From Epiperipatus broadwayi (Eukaryota > Animalia > Onychophora), in the NCBI GenBank assembly GCA_028023455.1, contig JAQFVV010000009.1:15996001-16060000 (forward strand): a stretch of DNA of 64,000 nt. The letters run 5' to 3'. Positions 50,900 to 63,749 of the stretch are shown piece after piece. The position numbers and the translations under genes are program-made. Below the pieces are notes generated by a model that saw only the letters and a program-made list of their open reading frames with translations, was not told the DNA's origin and ran no database searches. Positions within the stretch are counted from its first letter, which is position 1. Each line of letters opens with the position of its first letter.

Positions 50900-51785
50900 T
50901 TTTTTTTTTTATATATTTATTAAAATATAAAGCTGTCAAAGTAAAGAGCTGAGCGCTTTAAAGAGACTACTTGCTTTCATAATCATAGTTGTTGTTGTTA
51001 TAACTATGTTGTGGAAATAGAAATGGAATTTATGCAAATTAATGCAAATAAGTTATAATTGTCATTTCCGAGACAAAGCAAAGCATACTTCTCTTCCATT
51101 GATGGATTTGGGGTCACTAACTATGTAACTCTCTAATTTTGTGTCAGGTGTCATGTCTTTCAGAGCATATGAGGGTGGCAGTGATGGGTTCAAATCTATG
51201 GTCTGATGCTCTTTCGTGTTCGCAGAAGATGGAGATTTCTTGCTTGGTTTTGGCCTTACTGTAGATATATTTGTGTTGTGCTACTCTATTGGCTATGCTA
51301 GTCCAGGTCTTCCCATAGTATGCAGTTTGGCAGTTGACTTATGGGCAGATCACTTTGTACACCAACTGAGGAGTGAACTCGGCTGTGATTCTATGTTTTG
51401 AGTTGTTTATAAGTTTGTTTGTCTTTGGAGGTGACCGGTAAGCAATGCTAAAGTCTTTGGATAGTGTGTTGTTGAGGTATTTGGTAAGGGGTTGGATATA
51501 TAGTATGAGAATTCTTGATTTAATGACTTTTATGTTGTTATGCTGAATATTATAATAGAACTTATTGACTTTCCTGTTGATGGCTAAGTGTGAATATCCG
51601 ATTTTAATTAGATCTGCTACATACTGGTTCAGGTTATGTTTCTTATCAGTTTAATATTTGCATAACATGTGATTTCTAAATAAAAATGAAGATAAGCCTG
51701 CCATCTTATGAGAGTAGGGTGCGTATGATGTAGAGTGAGCTGTATCACATACTTCTATGGGCTTGACAATCATGGTGTAATCTAG
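50900..51785 (-). mobile_element. PLE 3' fragment (thumb, GIY-YIG and UTR) of the 27-kb lineage
   Basis: VKPIEV...HKMAGL versus VKPLEV...HKFAGL; PQLVYKVICP*VNCQTAYYGKT...NRVAQHKYIYSKAK versus PQVVYSISCPQAGCSATYYGET...NRAAQHIYTYRRAK; hammerhead relic at 50947-50990. Confidence 0.85.
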
Positions 51786-54264
51786 TTGATTGAGATTTCT
51801 GCAAACATTTATGTCTAAATATCTAACATGTGTTTACATGCTAATTACAACAAATAAAACTTCACATACATGTAAAAAATTAAAAACAAAAGATGAAAAA
51901 CAAACAACAATAGAAAAGAAGTTCAGCCTATTTGATATATGTATATATATATATATATGTCTTTTGTTTTTGAAAAACTCAATGCTATTAGATGAAGGAA
52001 TGAGATAATTTAGTGAAAAGTTTTACATATGAAAAGAGCAGAGAAAGTACAATATGTGTTAAGATGAACAATATAAGTTTATTGAAAAAGACATAAGATG
52101 AATAGGAGCAGAAGGAATTAAAAAAAACAATATGAGAAGAAGAGTGATATATTTGTAAAAGAAAATAAGATCAATAACAGAATATATGAAAGATTAAAAG
52201 ATCAAAATTTTTTTGATTCAAAATAAAAACATTAATTACCCCCTGCCCCTCAAAAAAAAAAAAAAAACTTTGATCTTGTTCTATAACTTTTGTTAATAAA
52301 TTTTATGCAACTTATAGATGAAATGAGAATTCTGTAAAGGTTTGGGAATGATTAAAAGTCACATATATATTATCTAGAAAAATAGAAAAAAGTTTGATCT
52401 TTATATAAAAAGTAACCAATTGAAATTAAATAAAATTAAGCAATATCGAGATCAGAGATTGGATTAATTTTCTTTATGAAACTAAAGACTAAATAAAAGC
52501 AGTAATTAGAAAAAAAAAATGTCACTCTTCACTGATATGGTAATAAAAATATAAACTATTGAAATTTTAAATCTTATGGGACAAGAAAAAATCAGCTAGA
52601 AATAAATGAAAAGTTGGATGAAATTTGCATAAGTAATAAAAGTTTTGAATTACATTAAATATTGACATAAAAGCAATAATAATAACAGCATCTGATCTAA
52701 AGTTCAAAATAAATAATAACTTTAGTATTTTTGTTACAACAGGATTACAAACTACAGTTATAATATGATAGAGAAATATTGGTTGATGAGATTTAAAGTA
52801 TTTGACAAAAGACTTACACATGGAATTGCAGCTGTATTTTCATTGGATGTCAACCTAATATTAGTGAAAAGAGGTTTCATACTCACACAACTATACATAA
52901 TAATAAAAAAGCATTGAGACTCATTAATTACAATCTGATGTAATCTATTTCTACCATAAGAGAGAAAGTATATATTTCTGTGAATAAACTTTTTTAAAAA
53001 AAAAAAAATTAAAATAAAATAAAAACTCAAACAAACTATAAAACAGCTCCTGTTACAGATCTGGTATTGATTGTATTTATAAAAATTTGTATTTCTTTTA
53101 GAAGATACAATGGAATTAAATTTTGATTCTTGATAAAATTTCAATATATGCTTTTCTGATTTTCCATGCAAAGACTTCCATTGCTGAAGAGATTTTAAAT
53201 TATCTTCTAACATTTGCTTAAACAATGATTGTTAATTAAGTCTATGCTTAAATCAGTCACGAGATTGATATCAGAGAGGATTAAAAGTGATATGTGCTGA
53301 AATGTCAAACCTAATCTTATACGCTTTGACAAACTTTAAATAATATTTTTTATGTGAATTTTGTCAACACCAAAATAACTTTAATCAACAGAGTCATTTA
53401 TACATTAGAAATTTTGGAAGCATAAAAACTAAATCACTATCTAAATTTTGATTTTTTTTTTTTGCTGAAACTTTACTGCTTTGCCATTTGAAAGTCTATG
53501 AATCAATAATAATACCTGAACACAATTCTGCTTGAATATTGTAAATAGTCATGATCTAATATACTCAAATCAACCAATTTCTCATAAATGCTTAATTAAT
53601 TTTGAAGATAGCATGATCTAACTTATTATATTTTAAACAGATGAAGTAATAGTGTGCTAGAGTAACAGTGCTTCACATTCAATCCTTCTATAATTAAATG
53701 ACTTTTAGCTGCATATTTGTGCATTTTTTGGATATAAATGATAATCCATCCAATGCCTTTACACATTTGAACTTAAAAAAGAATTCAAAAGTTAAATAAA
53801 TTATACTACAAATATTATCATATATTTTTTATATACTTGTTTAATTTAAATTAAAAAAAGAGATTGTATTAATTCAGAAATTAAAAATCTTTTAATGATC
53901 TTGGTGACGATTACTGAAAAATACCTGTTTTTAAAAAAGCTATTATTTCTCTATTATCTTTCTGTAGAACTGAGTTGAGTTTATATGTTTTAAAGTTTAA
54001 CCAATAATGTTTATTAATCCTAGAAGCATATTTAGGATTACACACACATGTAAATTCACATTTATATTACATCAACTTATTTTCATACATACATTAGAGA
54101 AAAAAAAGTAAGGAAAAATACAAAATAAATGGTAAGAAGGCAAACAAAAATAAAAAATAAAGAAGAGATATAATAAAAAAAAAAAAGAGGGAAAAAATGA
54201 AATAAAAACAGACATGGAAAAGAAGAGCAGAATTTTATTAATAAAATGTATAATAGAAACTTAC

Positions 54265-54410
54265 AGTATTTTCCATAATTTTGCATTCAGCCTCTATTTG
54301 TTTTTGATTGTCTGGAACAGGAGGTGGAGGAGCAGATGATCGAACTACTACAGGAGATAATCGAGCTTCTAATGGAGAATTTGCTTTATGAACAATTTTT
54401 TCAGTTTTAT
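54265..54410 (-). CDS. MCM3AP: GANP/MCM3AP-like internal exon B (DKTEKIVHKANSPLEARLSPVVVRSSAPPPPVPDNQKQIEAECKIMENT), phase 1 to 0
   Basis: TATTATACAG|AT acceptor and ACT|GTAAGT donor; lies inside track ORF 54238..54513. Proline-rich linker ending in PPPPVP, like the GANP segment before the CID helix. Confidence 0.75.
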
Positions 54411-56419
54411 CTGTATAATATATATAAAACATATATTTACAATTTAGAAAGCAATAGAATTGCATTGCTAAAAGTAAGTAAAGATGTATTTTGCTATTCA
54501 GATATGAAAACATTCTTAAATAGTTTACTGCGGGATAAAGATCTCACCAGGCTAGGCAACTATAGGTTAATGAGATTTTATTTTTCTTCTTTATTTATAT
54601 ATATGAACACACATATGTGCACATTAAACTTATAAAATATTTCATTAGTCTGAGAATGATTTTTTAAATAATTTATAATAGCCTAATTTTTTTTCTTATA
54701 TTTATAAATTATCAAACTAACACATCTGTGCTGGGTAATCATATCAATTTTTTGAATATTGATTAAACTTTAAAATTTGACTAATATATAGGGTGGCTCA
54801 AAAATCGAGATGCAAGGATATTTATCCCCCCCCCCCCATTTACTTAATAATCCAATGCTTATTGATAGCAAAAAGTTCAGAAATTTCAAAATAACAATTT
54901 CACATAGTTTTCAATAACTTTTAATTGTATGCAATACTCCAAGTAGTTTAATGGATTAATAAATCATAATTAATAGTCTTAGTTATACAAACTATTATTG
55001 GCCTTAATGTTAATTACATCTTTTATTGAGACATCTTAGATAATAAAATAAATAAACCATGAATATTTTTCAACTCAGACATTCTTTAACACATAATTTG
55101 TAATTTAATTGGAATCTAGATCATAAGTAATTTTTTTCAGAAAATAAAAATTTATAGTGCCCAAAAGCTATAACTGGTTTTAAGATTATAGATAAGCGAA
55201 ATATAGTATTTATCTATCACAGAGCAGAATATGCTATACCAAGTGTTAAAATTAAGAAATATTTCAGTAGTGATTCTTAAAAATTAACTGCAAAAATATT
55301 TAATATTTATGATAAATTGTAATTTTATTTTTTTATATACAAGAATTTTTTTTAAAAAGCTAACTGTATATTTAGAATTTTTTTTTTATAAACTTCACAA
55401 ACACAAACCTTGTAAATCAGCAAAAAGAATACAAAAAAAATTATTCCAATACTGATTAAAACAATCACAATAATCTTGAATGTGTTTAAGAAAAATAATA
55501 AGTAAAAATAATTAAGAATGTTGTAGTGAAAAATTATCTGAGTATTATATAAAAAGGTTACAAGTGATGTATTTACAAATAATTAAAATATTTTACCTGG
55601 CTCATATAAAAACATATTCTATTAATTAATTATATTATATATAACTTGTGTTTCTAAAATCTCTTCATCAAAATCCAAAGCCATATATTACAAGCTTGAA
55701 TAACACCACACTGTTTTTGGGCATTTGCCTTTATTAGAAAACATATAATAAAGATAAGTAAAAAAAAAAACGTGATGTTTTGATACATAAATTTATAATA
55801 GTAGACTTTTCTTAAAATACTTTGAAATTAACCACTACAAACAAATAGTAGTTATCCTTTAATATGGATCAAATATCTATCAAATAAAGATGATATCTAA
55901 GAGTAATTTTTTAAAAATAAGTAATATTAAGCCAACTATAAACATCTGCTAAGGAATGTAAATGACCTCATTTTACTTTTATATACAGTTTGAATTTGTA
56001 AGAGCACATTCTAAATGAGCAAAGTATAAAAAACAGTCAATCAAATTGCTCACAAAAACTACACAATACAGACTAATTGCCAGATACAAGGATCATAATT
56101 ACCATCATTCATTTAAAAATATTATAAAATTATCCACTTTTGTTCTTTAAACATAATGCTCTACCCTTTTTATTAATTATGAAAAAAGACGATATAATTT
56201 ACTCTAAAGATGTTTTTAAAATCTTTATAAAAACAAGTTTAAACAAAACTTTTAATTTTTCTGTACTGAATAATAAAAAGCTGCAGAGAATAATTCAGGA
56301 ACAGACTGCAACATTAAATTTTTGCTATCAATGTGAAAACTCATTTCATTCTTAGAAATTGCATAATATTAATAGTATTGCTCTATTCAGCATCTCAATG
56401 TATGGTTTAATGTCAATTG

Positions 56420-56849
56420 TTTTTGGTAGTTCTTACTTATGGATCTGAGGCTTGCACATTTAATAGAAGAGAAATACAGAGACTTTAGATTATTCTGAGA
56501 AGTATGGAGAGTTGCATATTAGGAGTAACAAGAATAGACTGAAAACGCAATATATGGATAAGAAAACAAACAGGTGATACTGACAGCACTAAAAGAATAA
56601 AAGACTGAAGTGGAGTTGGGCTGGACATATTGCTAGAAGAGATGATAACAAATGAACAATTAAAATCTTAACCCGAATTCCAAGAGATTGTAAAGGACCC
56701 AGAAAGAGATCACATATGAGATAGATGGACGAAATAAGAAAGTGTGCAGGGGTGATGTGGAGAAGAGAGGATAGGATCGAAGAAGATGGATTGCACTTGA
56801 AGAGACCTTCATTCTGCAGTGGATTGATAATGGTGATATGATGATGATG
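56420..56849 (+). mobile_element. RTE LINE 3' fragment
   Basis: TYGSEA...LKWSWAGHIARRDD region and a GATGATGAT tail. Confidence 0.88.
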
Positions 56850-56993
56850 CAAGTATTTGTAGAAAAACAAATGGTAAAATTAACAGATAAGAAATAAATC
56901 TTTATAATTAATTAAAAATATAATTAAACAAAGATAATTAAAAATAATTGTTATTATTTGAATAATGAATACGATGATGGGAATTTGAGGTAC

Positions 56994-58214
56994 TCATCTT
57001 ATAGCTAAAGACGCCGTTGCGCGGTTTTCGCGCTAAAACACATAAAAATGCTGTTTCCGTGGCCGACACGTTCGAACCCGTGTTTTCTATAATACAACTT
57101 TTTTGTTGTGCTACAGAATGCAGGCCACTATGTCCTGTCGCAGTACAGCATGTATGTCACATCGCAGCAAATACATTTTCCGAATTCGCACAGTTTATAA
57201 AATAGTTACGGCTTGATGAGAGAGTTTGTATTTGAATTGGATGGAAATGTTTTCATTGGATTTTTATTTTATTTTAAAGTATTGAAATGTTCAGAATTTT
57301 TAAAGTAATAATTATAAGACTTTTTACAATGAACTCTGTTGAAGTTTTAATTGGGAAAATGTTAAATATCTATGTTTTTAGTGAGTTGCAATTAGGTAAC
57401 GCGTCAAGTAACATACTGTTCATAACATTCCACGAGACAAAGAAGATTCTATCCTGTGTATATTATTGAATTAAAAAAGGGCGGTACCAAAAACATATCC
57501 AGTAAGAAAAGTACAAATATACATGATTTTTTGTAAATTTCATAAAAAGCAAATATTATAAACATGTTTAATAAGTAAAGAAGACATTTATATGTGTTTG
57601 TTGTTGTTTAAAAAAGTTTGAGTTTCTTTCTTTTGTCTGAGTACGGTTACGATTTTGAATTATTTTATTTTAGCATTACAAACAACAGAACACTAACCCT
57701 AAATCTAACCGTAACAACTTTTACTTTTTATTGTCATTCTATTTGAAGTAAAAAATAGCTGTAATATCTCTTTGTCTGTAAAAAATAAAATAAGAAATTT
57801 TACTTTTTATTACGATTATTATTTTTTAGTTAAACAACAACAAAAAAAGTCGTAACACTAGTAAAAAAATATCCGATAAAAAATTGATTAAAAAAAAGCC
57901 GTAACACAAGTAAAAAAATATCCGATAGAAAATTGATAAAAAAAAAGCCGTAACACAATTAAAAAAATATAGAATAGAAAAAAACACGAATCAAATTGTA
58001 ATTTGTTGATTTTATTTTACATTTATTATTATCATTTAAATTGTATATGTTAATAAAAAATAATATTTATAAAAGACAATTTTGTTTTGTTTTTATTTTC
58101 GCATTACAAAAAAGCACAGCAAAATTATTATAATCAACGGCTCGGAAATGGTCATATTTTATAGTTTTAGTGTGAAAACGGCACCATCCAACGGCATCTT
58201 TATCTATAAGATAA
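56994..58214. mobile_element. Non-autonomous DNA transposon with imperfect TIRs of about 70 bp and internal repeats of about 51 bp
   Basis: Left end ATCTTATAGCTAAAGACGCCGTTG; right end (reverse complement) ATCTTATAGATAAAGATGCCGTTG. About 2.5 copies of AAAAAGYCGTAACAC...TATCCGATA at 57843-57980. Confidence 0.8.
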
Positions 58215-58793
58215 GCACTGAATTTGATAATTAAAATGAAAAAAAAAAAGTATTCGAATGAAAGTCATTAACTTTCTTTTATAATTAATTAAATTTTTAT
58301 AACTGAGGTATATACTTGACTGATTAAATCTGACTTGGAAAATTTCTATACATAGGATTATCAAATTAATAGATAGAGAGCTAAGTGGATATCATAAGAA
58401 AGATAAATCTAGTCTTGTGAAAAAATTAGAATTTTTGGTTAAAGGTCATAATGACTTGAATATAGTAATTTAAAGTGACTGTTCTATCGTCACGCTTTCT
58501 GTGCCAGTACTTCAGATTTGCTCATATATAAATATTTGAGTTGTAGGGATAAAAGAATTCCTTTTATTCCTGCATAAATACTATATCTTGTATTGGTGAG
58601 AAAGTATTCATTTATTATTAACACTCGCAAAGCGTTTGCACAATTAGCTTGAAAGGCTGATATTCGAATGTAAAAAAACTGATTGTAAATAATTATAAGT
58701 TTGTAGTATAAAATATTAATATATATGTTGATTTTGATATTTTTGTGTAAATATTTAGATTAATATTTATTGTGAAAAATAAATATAGTTAAG

Positions 58794-58959
58794 CATCACA
58801 TGATCACCATTTTCTATGCTTACACAACCTATCAAAACAATAGCAAACTTTCCATACAGTAATGCCACCCAGTGCATGCCTTAGTAATCAATGGATGCAA
58901 GAAGGGTTGTGCATAAAATCTCTATCTAATGCCTATACATCCAATATCTCCAGACTAGT
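58794..58959 (-). mobile_element. Truncated copy of the 44.8/63.8-kb pLTR family
   Basis: CATCACATGATCAC...ATCAATGGATGC...CCAATATCTCCAGACTAGT; homology stops at 58959. Confidence 0.8.
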
Positions 58960-61100
58960 AAGACTTCTACAAATTTGTTAATAATTGATTGATTAAAAAT
59001 GAATGGAAAATTATATAAGATGATATATATAATTGTATAAAAATAAAAAATGCATATAATATTGTTTACCATATTGTTATGATATAGTCAATTGTTTTGT
59101 AATTATTGAATTTATATATGAGGTTTTTGATTTGTTTTAATTATTTATATTATTATTGTTTGTTTTAATTCCATTATTGGATACTGGATGGTTTTATATC
59201 AAGTGATTCGTTAACATTAAATAGATTAGTAACAATTGAAAAGAGCACCAAAGCAAGTGCTGAAAAATGCTTTTTATGTATAAAATTATTATTTGATTAT
59301 ATAGCTGTTGTAAAGAATTATTATTATTTTCTGATTATTTTATACATAAATATAAAATTTTATTAACAAAAAATCTATTAAAACAAAATACTGTTTTATG
59401 TAAAAAATTATAATCCCTATAAAAAAAAAAAGGCAAAAACAATGTTAATTAATACATGTAACATGAAATATGTTATTATAAAATACATTAATATTTATGT
59501 TTTTTACAAAATAATACATTTTAATACAAAATTAATCTGAAAAACATTACAAATCTTATGGTGCATTTCTTAAGAAAGCAAAAAAAAAAAAAAAAATTCA
59601 CAATTCCTAACATAAAAAATTAAAAAGATTTTTTAAAAGACATTTCTGAAGTCATTCAGCTAGTTAGTTTCTTTTTCATAGTTCCTATCAGAAAAAAATA
59701 TAATTGGATTAATCACATTTTTAAACAGAAACTAATTTTTTTTTAAATACTATTTTTTAATAATCTTTTTATTTTGTTTGTTTCAGTAAAAAAAAAAAAG
59801 GCAACAAAAATCTCAAAAAAGTAGACTATGCATATTCTTATGTAAACAAAATGTTAAAATTTAAGCATTAATTTATTTTTAATATAAAAATTTATTTAAC
59901 TTAATCTCATGTATTATTACATCTTAAATTTCATTTTAATAAAGTATAACATTTAAAATCAGATTAAAAAAATATTAATAGGACAAATCTCTTTCTATAA
60001 ATATATTATTTGAGTTTCAAAAAATATAGTTTAACTACTATGTGCTGAGGGTGTTTAATACCAGTCAGGGAATAATAATAATAAAAATAATAAACTTGCA
60101 TACCAGCTAAATAACAAATATTTATTTAACAATAATAGTAAAATAAAAAAGTATAAGGAATTGATAATTCATTTAAATCAAACAAGTCTTTATAATTTAT
60201 CCTAGAATGGTATTTAACTTTTCTCATACAAAGACTAAAATAAAATACACATTGGTATTTTGAATTTCATAGTCTCTTTAAACACAAACAATCTTACTTT
60301 AATTAGATACTTTCTAGAAATTTAATGTGTTTTTATCTGACAATGCACTTATTTCTATATACAAATAATTCTTTGAAAGTATCTTTTTGTGTGCTTGCCT
60401 AGCACATATAATTTAGGCATTTTCTTAGCTTAAAGGTAGCTAGTAATTGTTCACTTTGATCAGGTTAATCTTTGGTTATTTACTCCTTTTCCAGTAACCA
60501 TTTTTAAAAGGCAGAACGTACATACCTTGTTAGACTTAGGATTTTTTTTTATTGTTCATCTAATTGTATGCAAATGATTTATTTATATACAAATTTTATT
60601 CAATTTGATTTACAATCTTAGCAGGCACATAAATGATTTTTATATGCTTAGAGAAATCATTCAGCTAGTCAGTTTCCTTTTTTCAGAGTCCCTATCAGAA
60701 AAAACATGTAACTTGCATTAATCATGAATACCATTTGTTAATAATCTTTTTATTTTGTTTGTTTCGGTTAAAAAAAGCAATAATAAAAGATCTCGAAAAA
60801 GTAAACTATGCATATTCCTATGTAAACCAAAAGCGATAATTTCTTTTTAACAAAAATTTAATTTAATCTCACGTATTACTATTTCTTAATTTAAATTTCA
60901 TTTTAATAAAGTATTAAATTTAAAATCAAATTTAAAAATATATATTAAGACGAACGTCTTTCTATAAATATAATATGAAAGTTTTAATGTAGTCTTTTGT
61001 TTTGGTGAACAAAAAATATAATTACCAAAAAAAAAAAAATATTAAAAGTTTTCAGCACTTCACATTAATGAAATCTAAGCGATGTATATGAATTATTTAC

Positions 61101-61218
61101 CTGTTACAAATAATGCATTTACATCTGAAGGAAAATCTTCTATAAAATATCCATTTTTATCAAAACTTGATGAAACTGGAATATCAGACAAAGGTGGGAG
61201 AGAATTGCCATAAATAAC
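61101..61218 (-). CDS. MCM3AP: GANP/MCM3AP-like internal exon A (VIYGNSLPPLSDIPVSSSFDKNGYF...), phase 0 to 1
   Basis: Acceptor TTTTTTAG|GTT at 61219 and donor ACAG|GTAAAT at 61100; 118 nt, open. Resembles the post-SAC3 GGPLPP...CSFN segment of GANP as I recall it. Phase joins the 54410 exon. Confidence 0.75.
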
Positions 61219-61942
61219 CTAAAAAATAATTAGATAGTAATTAAATGAAATAAATTACAAAATTGCGTTAAAAAAAATCATGATGTTTTACAACAATTTT
61301 CATATTTGTATTTAAAATTTTGCAGAAAATAGTTTAATGACTGAAAGTAGATAACAGTATTTTTAATTTTTTTTTTTATAAAGGCCAAAAATGATTTATA
61401 TATTAACTCCTAACACAATCAATGAATGATCAAGAGTGTGTTGTCATACTCTATTCATTTTCTCTATATCTTCTCATCTTTCATGCATATTAAATACAAT
61501 GAATTACAAATATTATTAGTAGCTTGTAATTATGTTCAACTAACAATTTAATACTTCTTAATAACAAGCCAACCTGGAATATCATAAAAAAAACCAATAT
61601 ATCTATGTAAGCATGAGTAATCAATGGACCCAGATAGGAATACTGAACAAATCTCCAAACTTATTTCTACCTATTATGTTTCATTATTGAAAAGCATGGA
61701 ACACTCATATCCATCAAGCAAGCATCTTTATTTTTTTAAACGATTCAAGCTAAAGATTCAATACTCTAATATTGTGAATCCAAGACAAATTTTGTTTATA
61801 ACTATACATGTGTGAATTAGCTCAGCAATTGTATATTTTAATGACCCCATTTATAAATTAAAGTAATGAATGGGATACGTTGGGGATGTGAATGTTAACA
61901 TGTAAGTTCAGACAATCATGTAACAGTTTCTTTGATATATGC

Positions 61943-63745
61943 CAGCGCTTCTTAAACTTTTTTCATTCATGACCCCTTTTTATCATTGAGATTTTTTCGC
62001 GATCTCAGATATTAAATATAAAATATTTATGGAAATATTATATTTCCATAAATAATTTATTTCTTTGGTAAACAATATATATATGAAAATAAGTAGTTTT
62101 AGGATTTGTTTTAAATATACAAAAATTAATGAAAGAAAATCATGTTTTAATGAAAGGGATGTGCTTGTTTTTTGCTGCATAACAAATTAAATCTTGGTAA
62201 AATATTTGATATTGCTGGATGTAAAGTATCTTCAACGTTTTTCAGCATTGAACAATATTTGGATTTAATATACATTAAAGCTGAAAAAGTCATTTCAAAT
62301 AAGTATGTAGTGCGGAATGGCAGAAGAATATTTAATGCTATTTCAGAAATTGTGGGAAATTCAGTCCTAGCTCTGATCCAGAATTCAGTCAAGGATTTTT
62401 GTGGAAAGTCAAGTTTTAAGTTTGAATCACTCAATAACTCAGCAAATTCCTCTTGGGCTTTATATAGCAGGTGATTAATCTCATTAATGTCAATCAAAAA
62501 TGGTCTTTGAATCCAAGATAACTTTTTGGAATCTAAATTCGATATAAAGTATTTACAAAACTGTATTTCTAGGGTTTTTAAGTGATCTACAATAATTTTT
62601 GAATTAAAATTTTACAATTATTTTTTTCAATTATAAAATTGTCGATAGTCGAAAATATTTCCAATGAATCATTTTCCACCCTATTCTTCCAAATGTTGAT
62701 CTTTTTAATAAAACCTTCAATTTTATCATTCGAAGTAAAAATATTGCTATTTTTTCCTTGAAGAGACAAGTTAAGATCATTTAGCTTCTCAAAAATATCA
62801 GACAAATAGCACAGCTTTGATAGCCATAAGTCATTTTGAAAAAGAGCAGCAAGATCAGATTTTTGTTCAATTAAAAATACAATAATTTCTTCTTTTAATA
62901 ACAATAATCTTCTTAAACTTCGCCCTCTTGACATCAATCTTACTTCTGCATGTAATAATAAATTTTTGTATTCAGAGTCCATGTCTTTAAAAAGATTTAA
63001 AAATAAACAGCTGCTAAGGGCATGGCTTTTAATAAAGTTTATAATTTTGGCAGCATCCTGAAGCACATCGTTCAATTCTGTTGCTAATTTTTTTTGCTGC
63101 AAAGGCCTCTCGATGGATCAGGCAGTGTGTAAAAGTTACATGATTATTACCAGAAGCTTTAGCAAATGATTTAAAACCAATATTTTCACCAGTCATTGCT
63201 TTTCCACCAACTGTGCATACTCCAAAGCAATTTTTCCATTCTAAACCTTCAGTTTTAAAACATGTCTACTTTATTGTATATGTCTTCCCTCTTGTATGTT
63301 CTTTCAAAGAATGACAAAATAATAATTATTCCTCAATGTTTTCTTTATAAATGTATCTGACATACACTAATAATTGAGCTATTTTTGAAATATCAGTTGT
63401 TTCATCCAACTGAATTGTAAAGATTGGGTTTTTTTTAAAGTCTAGTAATAAGTTGCTCAAATTGGTCATTGCTAATTTCAGAAATTCTACTAGTGACAGT
63501 GTCATTTGACAAAGGAATTTTCCGAATTTCATCACCATATTTACTTCCATGAAATATTTCTACCATTTTAATAGCAGCAGGTAATATAAGATCTCCAATG
63601 GTATATGGATTTTTATTTTTAGAAATCAGATATGAAATTTCATATGATGCGTGTAAATATTTTTCATTAACAGTTATAAATTTCTCAAAATATTGTTTTT
63701 CTTTATTTGAAGTTTTTAACAGTCATTCAAAATATTCTTTTGATA
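61943..63745 (-). mobile_element. hAT (Charlie/Buster, ZBED5/SCAND3-like) transposase remnant
   Basis: TIR CAGCGCTTCTTAAACT at 61943; ORFs contain QLDETTDIS, LLLHAEVRLMSRG...L, YLSDIFEKLNDLNLSLQG and the hATC tail FW...FP...TTYL.E..FS...KKQAHP.H*. Confidence 0.93.
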
Positions 63746-63749
63746 AACA

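Noticed and set aside
52758-53225. 155-aa minus-strand ORF
   Set aside because: No splice-phase fit to the GANP chain and no recognisable domain; at most a decayed LINE trace.
57843-57980. Spaced repeats resembling a CRISPR array
   Set aside because: The units are contiguous tandem repeats without unique spacers, in a eukaryotic TE context with no cas genes.
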